Shown here: positions 1-8,170 of the stretch, piece by piece | Layout: every line of letters begins with the position of its first letter | Position numbering within the stretch: the first letter of the stretch is position 1 | DNA from: a virus | IMG/VR virus record: IMGVR_UViG_3300020166_000004 | Reading direction: 5' to 3' (one strand) | Length of the DNA: 34,434 nt | Translations under genes and position numbers: made by a program | Notes under the pieces: model-generated | Databases searched by the model: none | The model's input: the letters and a program-made list of their open reading frames with translations, nothing else | What the model was told of the DNA's origin: nothing

Positions 1-127
1 TACCAAATCGGAGGCTGTGGGAGCACCTGAGCCGCTTTTAGTTACAATTGTTGTAGCCATTGTTTAATTCCCTTGTTAGTAAGTGCCGCCTGAGAGCGTA
101 CCAGTTGTCATGTTGTCTGCGTTTAAA
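1..127. repeat. Terminal overlap identical to 34308-34434, as expected for a circular assembly; unique genome length 34,307 bp
   Basis: The first 127 nt (TACCAAATCGGAGGCTGTGG...TGTCTGCGTTTAAA) match the last 127 nt base for base. Confidence 0.95.
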
Positions 128-1071
128 TTTGATAAAGTAGCTACTGCTGCCGCTGCCGAAGCTGCCGCTGCCGTTGCGCTTGCTGCTGCGTTAGTTTCGC
201 TTGTACCTGCATTTGTTTCGCTTGTAGCCGCCGCTGTTGCACTGTTAGATGCGTTGGTTGCGGAGGTTGCAGCGTTGGTCTCGGAAGTAGAAGCATTGCT
301 TTCAGACGTAGCAGCAGCCGTTGCAGAGTTGCCAGCATTAGTAGCGGAAGTCGCTGCGTTTGTTTCCGAAGTTGCAGCGTTGGTTGCGCTTGTTGCTGCC
401 TCCGTTGCTTTGGTTGTAGCTGTAGTGGCGCTACCCGCTGAACTGGTGGCACTGGACGCTGCGTTGGTTTCTGAGGTAGCCGCATTGCTTTCACTCGTTG
501 CTGCGTTAGTAGCACTGGTGGATGCTTCCCCTGCCTTATCTGACGCTGTGCTGGCACTGGTGGAAGCGTTACTTTCACTTGTCCCAGCGTTAGTGGCGCT
601 GGTTGCTGCATTAGTTTCGCTAGTACTGGCCGCTGTAGCACTCCCAGAGGCATCTGAGGCGCTTGTGGCGGCTTCTGAAGCTTTAGTAGTAGCTGTGACA
701 GCACTAGCCGCTGCGTTCGTCTCTGACGTTCCTGAAGCGGTTGCAGAGGTTGCTGAATTAGTTGCGCTTGTGGCTGCGTTGGTCTCACTGGTTGCGGCGG
801 CGGTTGCACTATTGCCAGCACTAGTTTCCGAAGATGCAGCATTGGTTGCGCTAGTTGCCGCTGCGGTGGCGCTGATGGCTGCTGCAAGTGCGTCTGCGTC
901 TACCCCTACCTCGCTGATAGCAGCGTTAGTTGCACTTATGGCCGCTGCGCTTGCAGAAGCTGATGCTTCATTTGCTTTTGTAGTAGCAGTTTGAGCGTAG
1001 ACTGCTATTTGACTGGCGTAGGCATCCGTAGAACTATCTCCAGATCCTCCGTCCCCTCTAAATATCGCCAT
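76..1071 (-). CDS. Fibre-like structural protein made mostly of A/S/T/N heptad repeats
   Basis: 331-aa ORF downstream of the capsid gene. It has about 40 heptads of the type A-T-S-E/A-T-N-A (21-nt DNA period). The N-terminus (AYASQIAVYAQTATTKANEA) and the C-terminus (TGTLSGGTY) are fibre-like. The SD AAGGGA for the next gene follows the stop. Confidence 0.6.
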   Translation of the reverse strand: MAIFRGDGGSGDSSTDAYASQIAVYAQTATTKANEASASASAAAISATNAAISEVGVDADALAAAISATAAATSATNAASSETSAGNSATAAATSETNAATSATNSATSATASGTSETNAAASAVTATTKASEAATSASDASGSATAASTSETNAATSATNAGTSESNASTSASTASDKAGEASTSATNAATSESNAATSETNAASSATSSAGSATTATTKATEAATSATNAATSETNAATSATNAGNSATAAATSESNASTSETNAATSATNASNSATAAATSETNAGTSETNAAASATAAAASAAAAVATLSNLNADNMTTGTLSGGTY

Positions 1072-1104
1072 ACTTGCTCTCCGCTGTTACTAAAAAAATA
1101 AATG

Positions 1105-1144
1105 AATAAAAAGTGAGGTACTTGCCCTAAGGCTTTCCCTCACA
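1105..1144 (-). terminator. Rho-independent terminator or attenuator after the major capsid gene
   Basis: The minus strand reads GTGAGG-(19 nt)-CCTCAC followed by TTTTTATTCATTTATTTTTTT. It lies immediately 3' of the capsid stop at 1159. Confidence 0.5.
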
Positions 1145-1158
1145 CATATTTTTATAGA

Positions 1159-2088
1159 TTAAGCGGCTACAGCCAATACAAAACCTGATTCTGGTCGTAA
1201 CGTCTTAACACCGTAGAGCGTGTCTGCGGTATAAAGCGTACCCAAGAACTCTTGCTTGTACTGAGTCTGTGAGCGGATGCCCTGCTGTTCAGCCATAACC
1301 ATCGTGTCCTTATGGACAAGGAAGGCAGCTTTAACAGTCGTGGTGTACGTCAAAGGACAGTTGCTGGTGGTGAATACGTCAATGCCGTACAAGTTACCAA
1401 TCTTACCGTTCTGTACGCTGCGTCCGTCAACAAAGTCAGAAGATACATAACGCTCAACACCCATGATTGCATTACGCAGTGAAGGAGGTACAACAAATGA
1501 ACGGTTGTCCATTGGTACGTCTGCATCGTCCATCTTCTGAATCAAAGCTCGGAAGCCAGCGTCAGTAAATGCGTTTACAGTACCTGCGCCTGCATAAGCT
1601 TCAACACCAGTACCGCCTGAATTAACAATAAACGTAGCACTGTTAGTCCAGTCAGAACCGTCACCGTCACCAAAGGACTTGCCTAAAGTGAAGAGGTCGT
1701 TGTCCACTTGCTTGGCAAGGGCGTACCCTGCGTCACCAGTGTAGAACTGTCGTAGTGAAGACAAAGCTTGTGCTTCGGTGATGTCTTCAATCATGCGAGA
1801 GTATTCAAAGTGCTTGTCAATAACGACTTGTACTTCACTCTCAGTGTCTGCCTGAATCGTTACAGCGGTCTTTGCTGCTTTAGCAGTAGCAACGCCACGG
1901 GTAGGCTTAGGAATGTGGATGGTGTCCCCTTTCTTACCAGTCATTGCCATCTTCTTAACGAGATTAGCAAGTACTAAGTTAGCTTGATAAGCAGCGACAA
2001 TCTCGTCACTCCAAATTTCGGGGATAAACGTTGCGGCGCGAGCATTATCTACTGCACCTGTTTGGCTGGGCCATACTGAAGTAGCCAT
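1159..2088 (-). CDS. Major capsid protein (HK97-fold type)
   Basis: 309 aa, directly after the scaffold-like gene and followed by a terminator. The N-terminal FIPEIWSDEIVAAYQANLVLANLV and KGDTIHIPK motifs are typical of podovirus major capsid proteins. Confidence 0.85.
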   Translation of the reverse strand: MATSVWPSQTGAVDNARAATFIPEIWSDEIVAAYQANLVLANLVKKMAMTGKKGDTIHIPKPTRGVATAKAAKTAVTIQADTESEVQVVIDKHFEYSRMIEDITEAQALSSLRQFYTGDAGYALAKQVDNDLFTLGKSFGDGDGSDWTNSATFIVNSGGTGVEAYAGAGTVNAFTDAGFRALIQKMDDADVPMDNRSFVVPPSLRNAIMGVERYVSSDFVDGRSVQNGKIGNLYGIDVFTTSNCPLTYTTTVKAAFLVHKDTMVMAEQQGIRSQTQYKQEFLGTLYTADTLYGVKTLRPESGFVLAVAA

Positions 2089-2108
2089 AATATTTTTTCC
2101 TTAATAGA

Positions 2109-2894
2109 TTAGTTTCGTACCCTCCCCTCTTGGTAAGCCTTCATAATCTCATCGGACAATGATTGATACCGTTCAGGGTCTGTACGCATAAGTTTAATAA
2201 TGTCTGCCCTTCGGTAAATCTTTCTCGTTTTCGTTTCAGAACTACCAGTGGCTGCGCCAGTTGATGCGTTCTTTACAGCTTGCTTACGACCTTGCTTTTC
2301 AGCATTAGCTGTTTGTTGTACAACCTGCTTACGTTCTTTCCAAAGGGTAAACAGTTCGTGTGCAGCTTCATAGTCGTATTGCTTGTCTGCTTGTACGTAC
2401 AGTTGAGTCCGTATCTTTGAGCTTTTAATCCATTCCGCAAACTTATCATCCGTCAAAATGTTTTGCATGTCGGGATGATCTTTCTGAAGTTGAGACAGGG
2501 CAGTGGTCTTTTGGTACTGCTTACTGATGTTCTCAGCTTCTCTGATCTTTGGATGGTTATCAATGGCCCGTTTAACGGCCTCTTCTGGATCCGAGAAAAA
2601 ATCCACCTCATCAACAGTTTCTTGTTGTTGTGGTGCTTGTTGGTTTGAGAGTTGTGTCTGAATATAACTATCAACAACCTGTCTTAGTTCACCTACTTCA
2701 GAGCTTTGACGGCCCAAGAGCTTTTCAGCTTCTTGGTGCATCCGTACAAGATCTTCTGCGGATTTACCTCTGTACTTGTCTGGGATTTCTGATTGAGTTT
2801 CCTGCTCTACAGGGTCATTTTCAAAATCACCAGCCTGTTCAGTTTCGTCTGGTTGTTCTTCGTCATCAAGACGCTCATCTAAGAGTGTAGCCAT
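2109..2894 (-). CDS. Scaffolding protein (candidate)
   Basis: 261 aa, with an acidic N-terminus and a helical Q/E/K-rich body. It sits immediately upstream of the capsid gene in the transcription direction. Confidence 0.6.
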   Translation of the reverse strand: MATLLDERLDDEEQPDETEQAGDFENDPVEQETQSEIPDKYRGKSAEDLVRMHQEAEKLLGRQSSEVGELRQVVDSYIQTQLSNQQAPQQQETVDEVDFFSDPEEAVKRAIDNHPKIREAENISKQYQKTTALSQLQKDHPDMQNILTDDKFAEWIKSSKIRTQLYVQADKQYDYEAAHELFTLWKERKQVVQQTANAEKQGRKQAVKNASTGAATGSSETKTRKIYRRADIIKLMRTDPERYQSLSDEIMKAYQEGRVRN

Positions 2895-2949
2895 TATTAA
2901 ATCTCCGTACTAACGTATTATGGAGTGACATGGTTTGTATAAGAAAGGT

Positions 2950-3183
2950 CTACTCCGAGTTTGCCTTTCTTTCTAGTTTTATCTTCTGTTCGCGTTGTTT
3001 AGCCCACTTCATAGTAGCACCTACAAAGTCCCCACTAATGGGGTCAAGTGAGCAACGAACGGGAGATATGATTCTAGTTGCAATTTTATTACATAAACCA
3101 CAGGTGTGTTCTGTCTCGTCGGAGGCTACTAGGGCCTCCGTAACGTGATTGTCAGGGCATCTGAAGTCAAAAAGAAGACGCAT
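2950..3183 (-). CDS. Small zinc-ribbon protein
   Basis: 77 aa with CPDNH...CGLC cysteine pairs in an FmdB-like CxxC arrangement. Its start abuts the upstream ORF stop. Confidence 0.5.
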   Translation of the reverse strand: MRLLFDFRCPDNHVTEALVASDETEHTCGLCNKIATRIISPVRCSLDPISGDFVGATMKWAKQREQKIKLERKANSE

Positions 3184-3446
3184 TAAGCGGCTTCCTCCTG
3201 ATCGTTGTCCTGTGGGTTATTGCGTTCTTCAATAACGCTTTCTAGCTGTGCTTCAAGGTTAAGAACATTAGCCATGATTGCAAGCTGACCTTTACGAAAG
3301 AATAAGTCTGTTAAGTCTTTAGTGACCTCAACGGAGTTGACGTTTGGGACGCTTCCTCTGAGATCGTTTAAGAAATACTCCCAGCCTGAGCTTCGGAACA
3401 TTTCTTGCATACTTCTGGTATAGTCTTCAAATTCTTGATCGTTCAC
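3183..3446 (-). CDS. Hypothetical acidic protein
   Basis: 87 aa with a GTG start preceded by AAGGAGAAACA. It is the first gene after the sigma70-type promoter at 3498-3526. Confidence 0.5.
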   Translation of the reverse strand: MNDQEFEDYTRSMQEMFRSSGWEYFLNDLRGSVPNVNSVEVTKDLTDLFFRKGQLAIMANVLNLEAQLESVIEERNNPQDNDQEEAA

Positions 3447-3497
3447 TGTTTCTCCTTTAAAGGACAGATTAAAGTTGTGTACTTAATGTACAGGTAT

Positions 3498-3526
3498 ATT
3501 ATACCATATTTTAGACAAAAAGTCAA
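3498..3526 (-). promoter_or_regulatory. Sigma70-type promoter TTGACT-N17-TATAAT reading towards the scaffold and capsid genes
   Basis: On the minus strand, -35 TTGACT is at 3526-3521 and -10 TATAAT at 3503-3498, with a 17-nt spacer. It shares TTGACTTTT...CTAAAA..TG.TATAATATAC with the promoter at 8142-8170. Confidence 0.7.
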
Positions 3527-3527
3527 G

Positions 3528-3647
3528 CTATTTTTTAGTCTTCTTACTTGCCATTGTCATCTTCTTACCAGTCTTCTTAGCTGCTTTCTTAGCAGCCGCC
3601 ATACCAGCTTTGTCGTAACTATAGCTTTTTCCACCTACTTTTGGCAT
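3528..3647 (-). CDS. Small lysine-rich basic protein (39 aa, below the ORF-track cutoff)
   Basis: Hand translation gives MPKVGGKSYSYDKAGMAAAKKAAKKTGKKMTMASKKTKK. The ATG overlaps the upstream stop as TAATG. Confidence 0.4.
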   Translation of the reverse strand: MPKVGGKSYSYDKAGMAAAKKAAKKTGKKMTMASKKTKK

Positions 3648-3931
3648 TACCATTTCTCCTTGTTGGCCCAATAAGCCGCTGACATTTTACCTTTTGCAAT
3701 ATTTGCCGCATGACGAGCTTTAAATGACTTGCGTCTGGCTTTCTCTTTCTCAGTTGTAGGGGCTTTACCCGCACCACTCACACCTTGCTGTCCAAACCTA
3801 ATTGTCTTTGTTTTGTCACCTTCTTTGGCAACGACTACGTGGGACTTAGTTGGATGGTTAGGCGTTCTCTTTGGCTTGTTGTAACCGCTTACTCCCGCCC
3901 TTTCCAGCTTTGAGTCTTTCTTCTTCGGCAC
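3647..3931 (-). CDS. Highly basic small protein of unknown function
   Basis: 94 aa with a GTG start 9 nt after GGAGG. It is K/R-rich (KPKRTPNHPTKSHVVVAKEGDKTKTIRFGQQG) and lies between the portal and scaffold genes. Confidence 0.55.
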   Translation of the reverse strand: MPKKKDSKLERAGVSGYNKPKRTPNHPTKSHVVVAKEGDKTKTIRFGQQGVSGAGKAPTTEKEKARRKSFKARHAANIAKGKMSAAYWANKEKW

Positions 3932-4008
3932 TTTCTAAAACCTCCAGTCTTTCAAAAAGTAAAGCAAAGTTACGATTAACTTGTGCTACAATTTCTTCTA
4001 GTTCTCTG

Positions 4009-6027
4009 TTACTGACCATTAGGCCCTCTCGGTTGCATTGGGATAGTGTTGTTAGATGTAGTTTTTTTAGCAGCCTTCTCTTTTAACAGCATATCGGCTA
4101 CTTTAAGTCTACGCTCAAACTCTTTGTCGTCCTCAGTGCCAGACTTTAAGTTAGTCGTCACGGCCTTCATGCGATCAATCTCAAGCTCCTGAGGCATAAG
4201 TTGTGTTTCCATAGCAATCTTCTGCGCCCTTGCCTGAGACTCCTGAGCTTGCCCTGAGAGGGCCGCTGTCTGAGACTGCTGGAACTCCATCTGAGCCTGT
4301 TGCGTGGCTTGTTGAACCTGCTGCTGCTCTGGAGTGGGCTGTCCTGCTTGCTCTAGGCGTTGCATCAGCTCTTCACGGTTGGACAGGTTCATATTATCAA
4401 TGATTGCACTAATCAAAGACGTATACAACGGAGAGTCTGCCTTCATGGTCTGTAGGAGCTGTACAAGCTGTGTTACTTCGTACTCACGCGCCATGATGCC
4501 CAAAGTGGACGTAGCATTAAACTTATAGTCAGAGACAGGATAGTGCTCTGGGTCAAACTGCATGTATCGGTGTGCAGCTTTGGTTACAAAGGGGATTAGG
4601 AAGGACTCTTGGAAGTTAATCAGTGTACGCTTATGGCGCTTAATAATAGCACCAAGAGACATACTAATACCAGCAGCCGTTGCTTCACCGTTAATACTCC
4701 CTGAGATACCCGCAGAGTCTATGGCTCCTGTAGCGGTTTGTACCATCTTTTGTAATGCGTCAGCCTGTGCAAAGGTAATCTGACTGACCTGACCAAAGTT
4801 AAAGGGCTTTAGGATCTCGTCTGGATTACCATTGGTGAGGATAAGCTTACCCGCACGTACCTCAGGCTTAGAGCCTCTGGGGATACGTGTAGCGTCCATA
4901 GCCATCATAGGATGGACTGTAAGAGCCAGAGCGTCAATACGTGCTCTAATCTCTGCGTCCAGCGCCTTCTGGCTGTTGTAGCCCTTCTCACAGACTCCAC
5001 GACCCCAGAAGCGAGACGGTACAACGTCCCACGGGAATGCCACAATGGGTCTGTCCTGCATCATGTAGGGGTTTTCTTCCGCTTTGAGAAGAATACCACC
5101 ATTGGCAATAACCACGATGGCTTCTACGTAGTACTCTTCTGAATCAGTTTCCAGCTCACCGTCCATCTCAATGATTTCTTCTTCAACTTCATCGTCGTCG
5201 TCATCATTACTCTTAGCTAACTGAGCCTGAGCGTCAGCCAACAAGTAAGCAGGTACTAACCCATAGTACTTAGTAAGACGTACTTTGTCGTCTGCGTAGG
5301 TGGTTAGGTCTTGATCTGGCTCAATGTCAAAGTCTGGGGCTGCTGAACCTACGTGACACTTCTTGTAAACCCCAGCTTCCTGTAGCTGCTCAACGGTGTG
5401 TGCGGAGACAAACTCATCCACAGCAACGCCTAAAGCGTCCTCCACGGAGGTTGCTACGGGGTCAATAAGGAAGTTCTGAGGCATTACGGGGCGTAGGCGA
5501 CAGACAGTCCTGTCAACAATGTTAACACCCACAGCGGTTAAGTCCCCTCCCATAATGGGCTGGGTGGCTGGCATCATTTCTTTTTCATCGGAAAGAACAA
5601 CTTCCGCAATCCCCGTACCAAAGACAGCGGAATTGATAAGACACTCCGCAACAGCTTTTCTAACCTTAGTCTTCTCAAAGTCCTTATGCAGATTATTACG
5701 AAGATAAACAATGTCAGCTTTGTCAGGATCGTTAGCATCATCAGTGATGTCAAAGAACTTTCCTCTTCCAAAGGTTGCTTCTTCAATTTCCGCAACGGAA
5801 CTCTCCACGGCTTGTTGTAGGGCTGGGCTAATGATGCGAGAACGCTCTGAATCTCTGGTTACGTCTTCCTGCGCCCAGATGCCACGCCAAAGGCGATAGT
5901 ATTCATCAAACTTCTGTGCATAGTTGGCTTCAAAGTGATCCCGCCATGAGTCACATTTAGTAATGACCCAATCCTCCAAAGCCTCATCAATCATCAACGG
6001 CTTGTGTTCTTCGTTGTAATCTTCCAT
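4009..6027 (-). CDS. Portal (head-to-tail connector) protein
   Basis: 672 aa, immediately downstream of TerL. Its size, acidic insert (DDDDDEVEEE) and Q-rich C-terminal tail fit podovirus portals. Confidence 0.85.
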   Translation of the reverse strand: MEDYNEEHKPLMIDEALEDWVITKCDSWRDHFEANYAQKFDEYYRLWRGIWAQEDVTRDSERSRIISPALQQAVESSVAEIEEATFGRGKFFDITDDANDPDKADIVYLRNNLHKDFEKTKVRKAVAECLINSAVFGTGIAEVVLSDEKEMMPATQPIMGGDLTAVGVNIVDRTVCRLRPVMPQNFLIDPVATSVEDALGVAVDEFVSAHTVEQLQEAGVYKKCHVGSAAPDFDIEPDQDLTTYADDKVRLTKYYGLVPAYLLADAQAQLAKSNDDDDDEVEEEIIEMDGELETDSEEYYVEAIVVIANGGILLKAEENPYMMQDRPIVAFPWDVVPSRFWGRGVCEKGYNSQKALDAEIRARIDALALTVHPMMAMDATRIPRGSKPEVRAGKLILTNGNPDEILKPFNFGQVSQITFAQADALQKMVQTATGAIDSAGISGSINGEATAAGISMSLGAIIKRHKRTLINFQESFLIPFVTKAAHRYMQFDPEHYPVSDYKFNATSTLGIMAREYEVTQLVQLLQTMKADSPLYTSLISAIIDNMNLSNREELMQRLEQAGQPTPEQQQVQQATQQAQMEFQQSQTAALSGQAQESQARAQKIAMETQLMPQELEIDRMKAVTTNLKSGTEDDKEFERRLKVADMLLKEKAAKKTTSNNTIPMQPRGPNGQ

Positions 6028-6031
6028 ATAT

Positions 6032-7300
6032 TTAATATCCTGCTACGGAGTCTAAGGTTTCAAAATCATCGTACTGCTCAAAGTCCCCTGCGTAAGCAAC
6101 TTTGGCTAATTGATCCACGTAAGCTAAGGCGTCCACTAAGTCATCGTGAGTTAGCGGGTCGGGGAACTGAAAGAGTTCGTCCAAGAAACGACTATTCCAT
6201 TCTCCCTTGCTTAACTGTATAATATTATTCTCAAAGCGACCCTGTAAGGCCCACATGATACGGTCAGTCTTCTTCTGGTTGCCGTGAGTTAGTTCCTCAA
6301 CCCTAAAGAAGAAGCCGTTACGCTTCATCATGTCCGTTAGGGGAGACATAACCGCTTGCTTTGCTATACCCCTCTCAATACCCACTGAGATTGGCTTGTA
6401 GTCCCTGACGGCTTGAAAGATCTTCTGTGCTGTATCGTCCAAAGTCCATCTACCATAAATAATGTTCTCTACGTACCAACCGTCTTCATTCACAAAGACT
6501 ACCGCAATGGCTGTATTATCAAGACGAGTGTTTTTAGACTTCTTCTTAGATACGTCCTGAAACCCCGCCAAATCCACTGAGATGTAACAATCGTAGTGTT
6601 CTGGTTTTTTGTCTGCAAAAGTAACCCAGTCCTCTTTAAACATCTCTGAGCCTTTGGCTTCAAAGGAAGCCATAAATTCCTGCCTAAAGGCATAGCTGGA
6701 CATGGACTTTTTAGCTGTATTTATCTCTTCTTCGTCTAGTAATGGGTTGTCATAGCTGGTAAAGTGCCATGCTTTGTACGTTTCATCGTCACTTAGTTCT
6801 GCGTACTGATACAAGTCATAGAAGTGATTACGCCCCATAGGGGTTCCAATGAATAGTGCATGACCCTTTTGGTCAGCTAGGGCTGGTCTTAGGATTTGTT
6901 CCCATACGTCAGGCTTAATGTCTGCGTACTCGTCCAAGACTAAGTACCTTAAAGACACACCACGCATAGTTTCAGGTCTATCCCCACCCTTTAGGGAGAT
7001 TGTAGCACCGTTTACTAATTTTATTTGTAAATTGTTAATGTGACTGGACGCTATGACGGGTTGCCCTAAGCTCATTAGGGTTTCCCACATAATGTCCCTA
7101 GCCTGACCCTGCGTAGGGGCTACATAGAAGACAGTACCTCTGTCAGTCTGTAAGGCATTAACAATTAATAACCATGCTGCAAGTCTGGACTTACCTGTAC
7201 GTCTACCCGCAGCTACAATCTTAAAGCGTGTGGGGTCTTCCCAGACCTCCTGCTGCCACGGCAGTAAGTTAATATTTAGTTCAGACACTAATAAGACCAA
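6032..7300 (-). CDS. terL: Terminase large subunit
   Basis: 422 aa with Walker A AGRRTGKS, Walker B LVLDEY, and C-terminal nuclease-type acidic motifs (ISVDLAG, HDDLVDAL). Confidence 0.9.
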   Translation of the reverse strand: MVLLVSELNINLLPWQQEVWEDPTRFKIVAAGRRTGKSRLAAWLLIVNALQTDRGTVFYVAPTQGQARDIMWETLMSLGQPVIASSHINNLQIKLVNGATISLKGGDRPETMRGVSLRYLVLDEYADIKPDVWEQILRPALADQKGHALFIGTPMGRNHFYDLYQYAELSDDETYKAWHFTSYDNPLLDEEEINTAKKSMSSYAFRQEFMASFEAKGSEMFKEDWVTFADKKPEHYDCYISVDLAGFQDVSKKKSKNTRLDNTAIAVVFVNEDGWYVENIIYGRWTLDDTAQKIFQAVRDYKPISVGIERGIAKQAVMSPLTDMMKRNGFFFRVEELTHGNQKKTDRIMWALQGRFENNIIQLSKGEWNSRFLDELFQFPDPLTHDDLVDALAYVDQLAKVAYAGDFEQYDDFETLDSVAGY

Positions 7301-7641
7301 ACCACAGGGACACCCCTTCTGTCATCAACATGAATAAATGTTTTAGCAACCCCTACGCCCTTAAAGCCCATTTCCATAGCATGTTTAATAAGTACATGCT
7401 TTTGATTACCGTCCTTTACAGCTATATCAGCAGCCACACCTAAGACATGCTGACCCACAGTCTTTTTCTTAGCTTCCACGCTGTGAGTCCTGTCTCTATA
7501 GCCACTGGTGATAGTAAAGGGGAAACCACACTTTTCTCTTAGTTCATCCAAACGATGAATAAAAGCTATGGACATTTCATTCTTACCTGTCTCTTGACAG
7601 TTAAACTCTTCATAAGTAAAATATTTAAACTCTTTACTCAT
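7288..7641 (-). CDS. Peptidase M15 (VanY/LAS-type) cell-wall hydrolase, likely the endolysin
   Basis: 117 aa with SGYRDRTHS, HVLGVAADI and FIHVD, which form the H-x6-D...H zinc-ligand pattern of M15 peptidases. Confidence 0.8.
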   Translation of the reverse strand: MSKEFKYFTYEEFNCQETGKNEMSIAFIHRLDELREKCGFPFTITSGYRDRTHSVEAKKKTVGQHVLGVAADIAVKDGNQKHVLIKHAMEMGFKGVGVAKTFIHVDDRRGVPVVWSY

Positions 7642-8023
7642 ATTCTGTGTATTCCCCTTCCATAACTTCAGGATTATCAGTAATAGTTGTTTCTTGGGAA
7701 CCTAATCCCGTTATGTTGATGGATATGGAAGACCTACCTCCATTAAGCTTATCCTTCTCAAAGTAGCTTACGGGTAACATCCTGTCCATCATTAACTTCC
7801 ATGCTGCTGCTTGATGCTTATGGTCATCGTCCAAAGCAGCATTCATGATACTGTCCAACACTTTCTGTGACTTAGGGGAGGCTAACATACGAGCTTTGTA
7901 CTCATTAATGATAGCAGCGTCACCTTTGGGTCTACCTACGGCATTCCTACCACCCTTCTTGTTAGACTCAACAAGGACTTTCTTAGGTCTACCCCGTTTT
8001 CTTTTGGGTATTTCTTCAAGCAA
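7634..8023 (-). CDS. DNA-binding protein, candidate terminase small subunit
   Basis: 129 aa, first gene of the minus-strand unit and two genes upstream of TerL. It has an N-terminal AT-hook-like KRKRGRPKK...GRPKG. The call rests on position only. Confidence 0.4.
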   Translation of the reverse strand: MLEEIPKRKRGRPKKVLVESNKKGGRNAVGRPKGDAAIINEYKARMLASPKSQKVLDSIMNAALDDDHKHQAAAWKLMMDRMLPVSYFEKDKLNGGRSSISINITGLGSQETTITDNPEVMEGEYTEYE

Positions 8024-8058
8024 AAGTATTGCCTCCTAGTATTGCTATGAGATACTTT

Positions 8059-8137
8059 AGGATACCTAAGGCAGCTTTAGAATATTACTTTAATTAATTT
8101 CTTAAAAGTAATCTCTTTATGCTTCCTTAGTATACCT
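8059..8137 (-). promoter_or_regulatory. Long imperfect leader hairpin after the 8142-8170 promoter
   Basis: The arms AGGATACCTAAGGCAGC (8059-8075) and GCTTCCTTAGTATACCT (8121-8137) are near-complementary. There is an inner stem TTACTTT (8085-8091) / AAAGTAA (8105-8111). It contains the 17-bp box CTTTAGGATACCTAAGG (8055-8071). Confidence 0.5.
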
Positions 8138-8141
8138 GTAT

Positions 8142-8170
8142 ATTATAGCACATTTTTAGTTAAAAGTCAA
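8142..8170 (-). promoter_or_regulatory. Sigma70-type promoter TTGACT-N17-TATAAT for the packaging/structural unit
   Basis: On the minus strand, -35 TTGACT is at 8170-8165 and -10 TATAAT at 8147-8142. TGC precedes the -10 as TGCTATAAT, one base off the extended -10 TGn spacing. It lies about 120 nt upstream of the first minus-strand gene. Confidence 0.7.

Noticed and set aside
1-60. Apparent partial coding sequence at the window start matching the N-terminus of the tail fibre
   Set aside because: It is a duplicate of 34308-34367 produced by the circular overlap, not an independent gene fragment.
83-994. 303-aa plus-strand ORF and the 248-aa ORF at 141-887 in another minus-strand frame, both overlapping the heptad-repeat gene
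   Set aside because: These are shadow ORFs created by the stop-poor 21-nt repeat. Their translations are A/L/V or Q/P/L homopolymer-like. Only the 76-1071 minus-strand frame has a sensible start, an SD context and fibre-like termini.
1039-1071. RGD tripeptide at the N-terminus of the heptad-repeat protein (MAIFRGDGG)
   Set aside because: A three-residue match is expected by chance and has no established meaning for a bacterial virus.
3849-4019. 56-aa minus-strand ORF (MVSNRELEEIVAQVNRNFALLFERLEVLE...) starting inside the portal stop region and overlapping the 5' end of 3647-3931 by about 83 nt
   Set aside because: The competing 94-aa ORF has a GTG start with a well-spaced GGAGG. The alternative has no clear SD, and an out-of-frame overlap that long is atypical here. 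It is kept only as a low-probability alternative.
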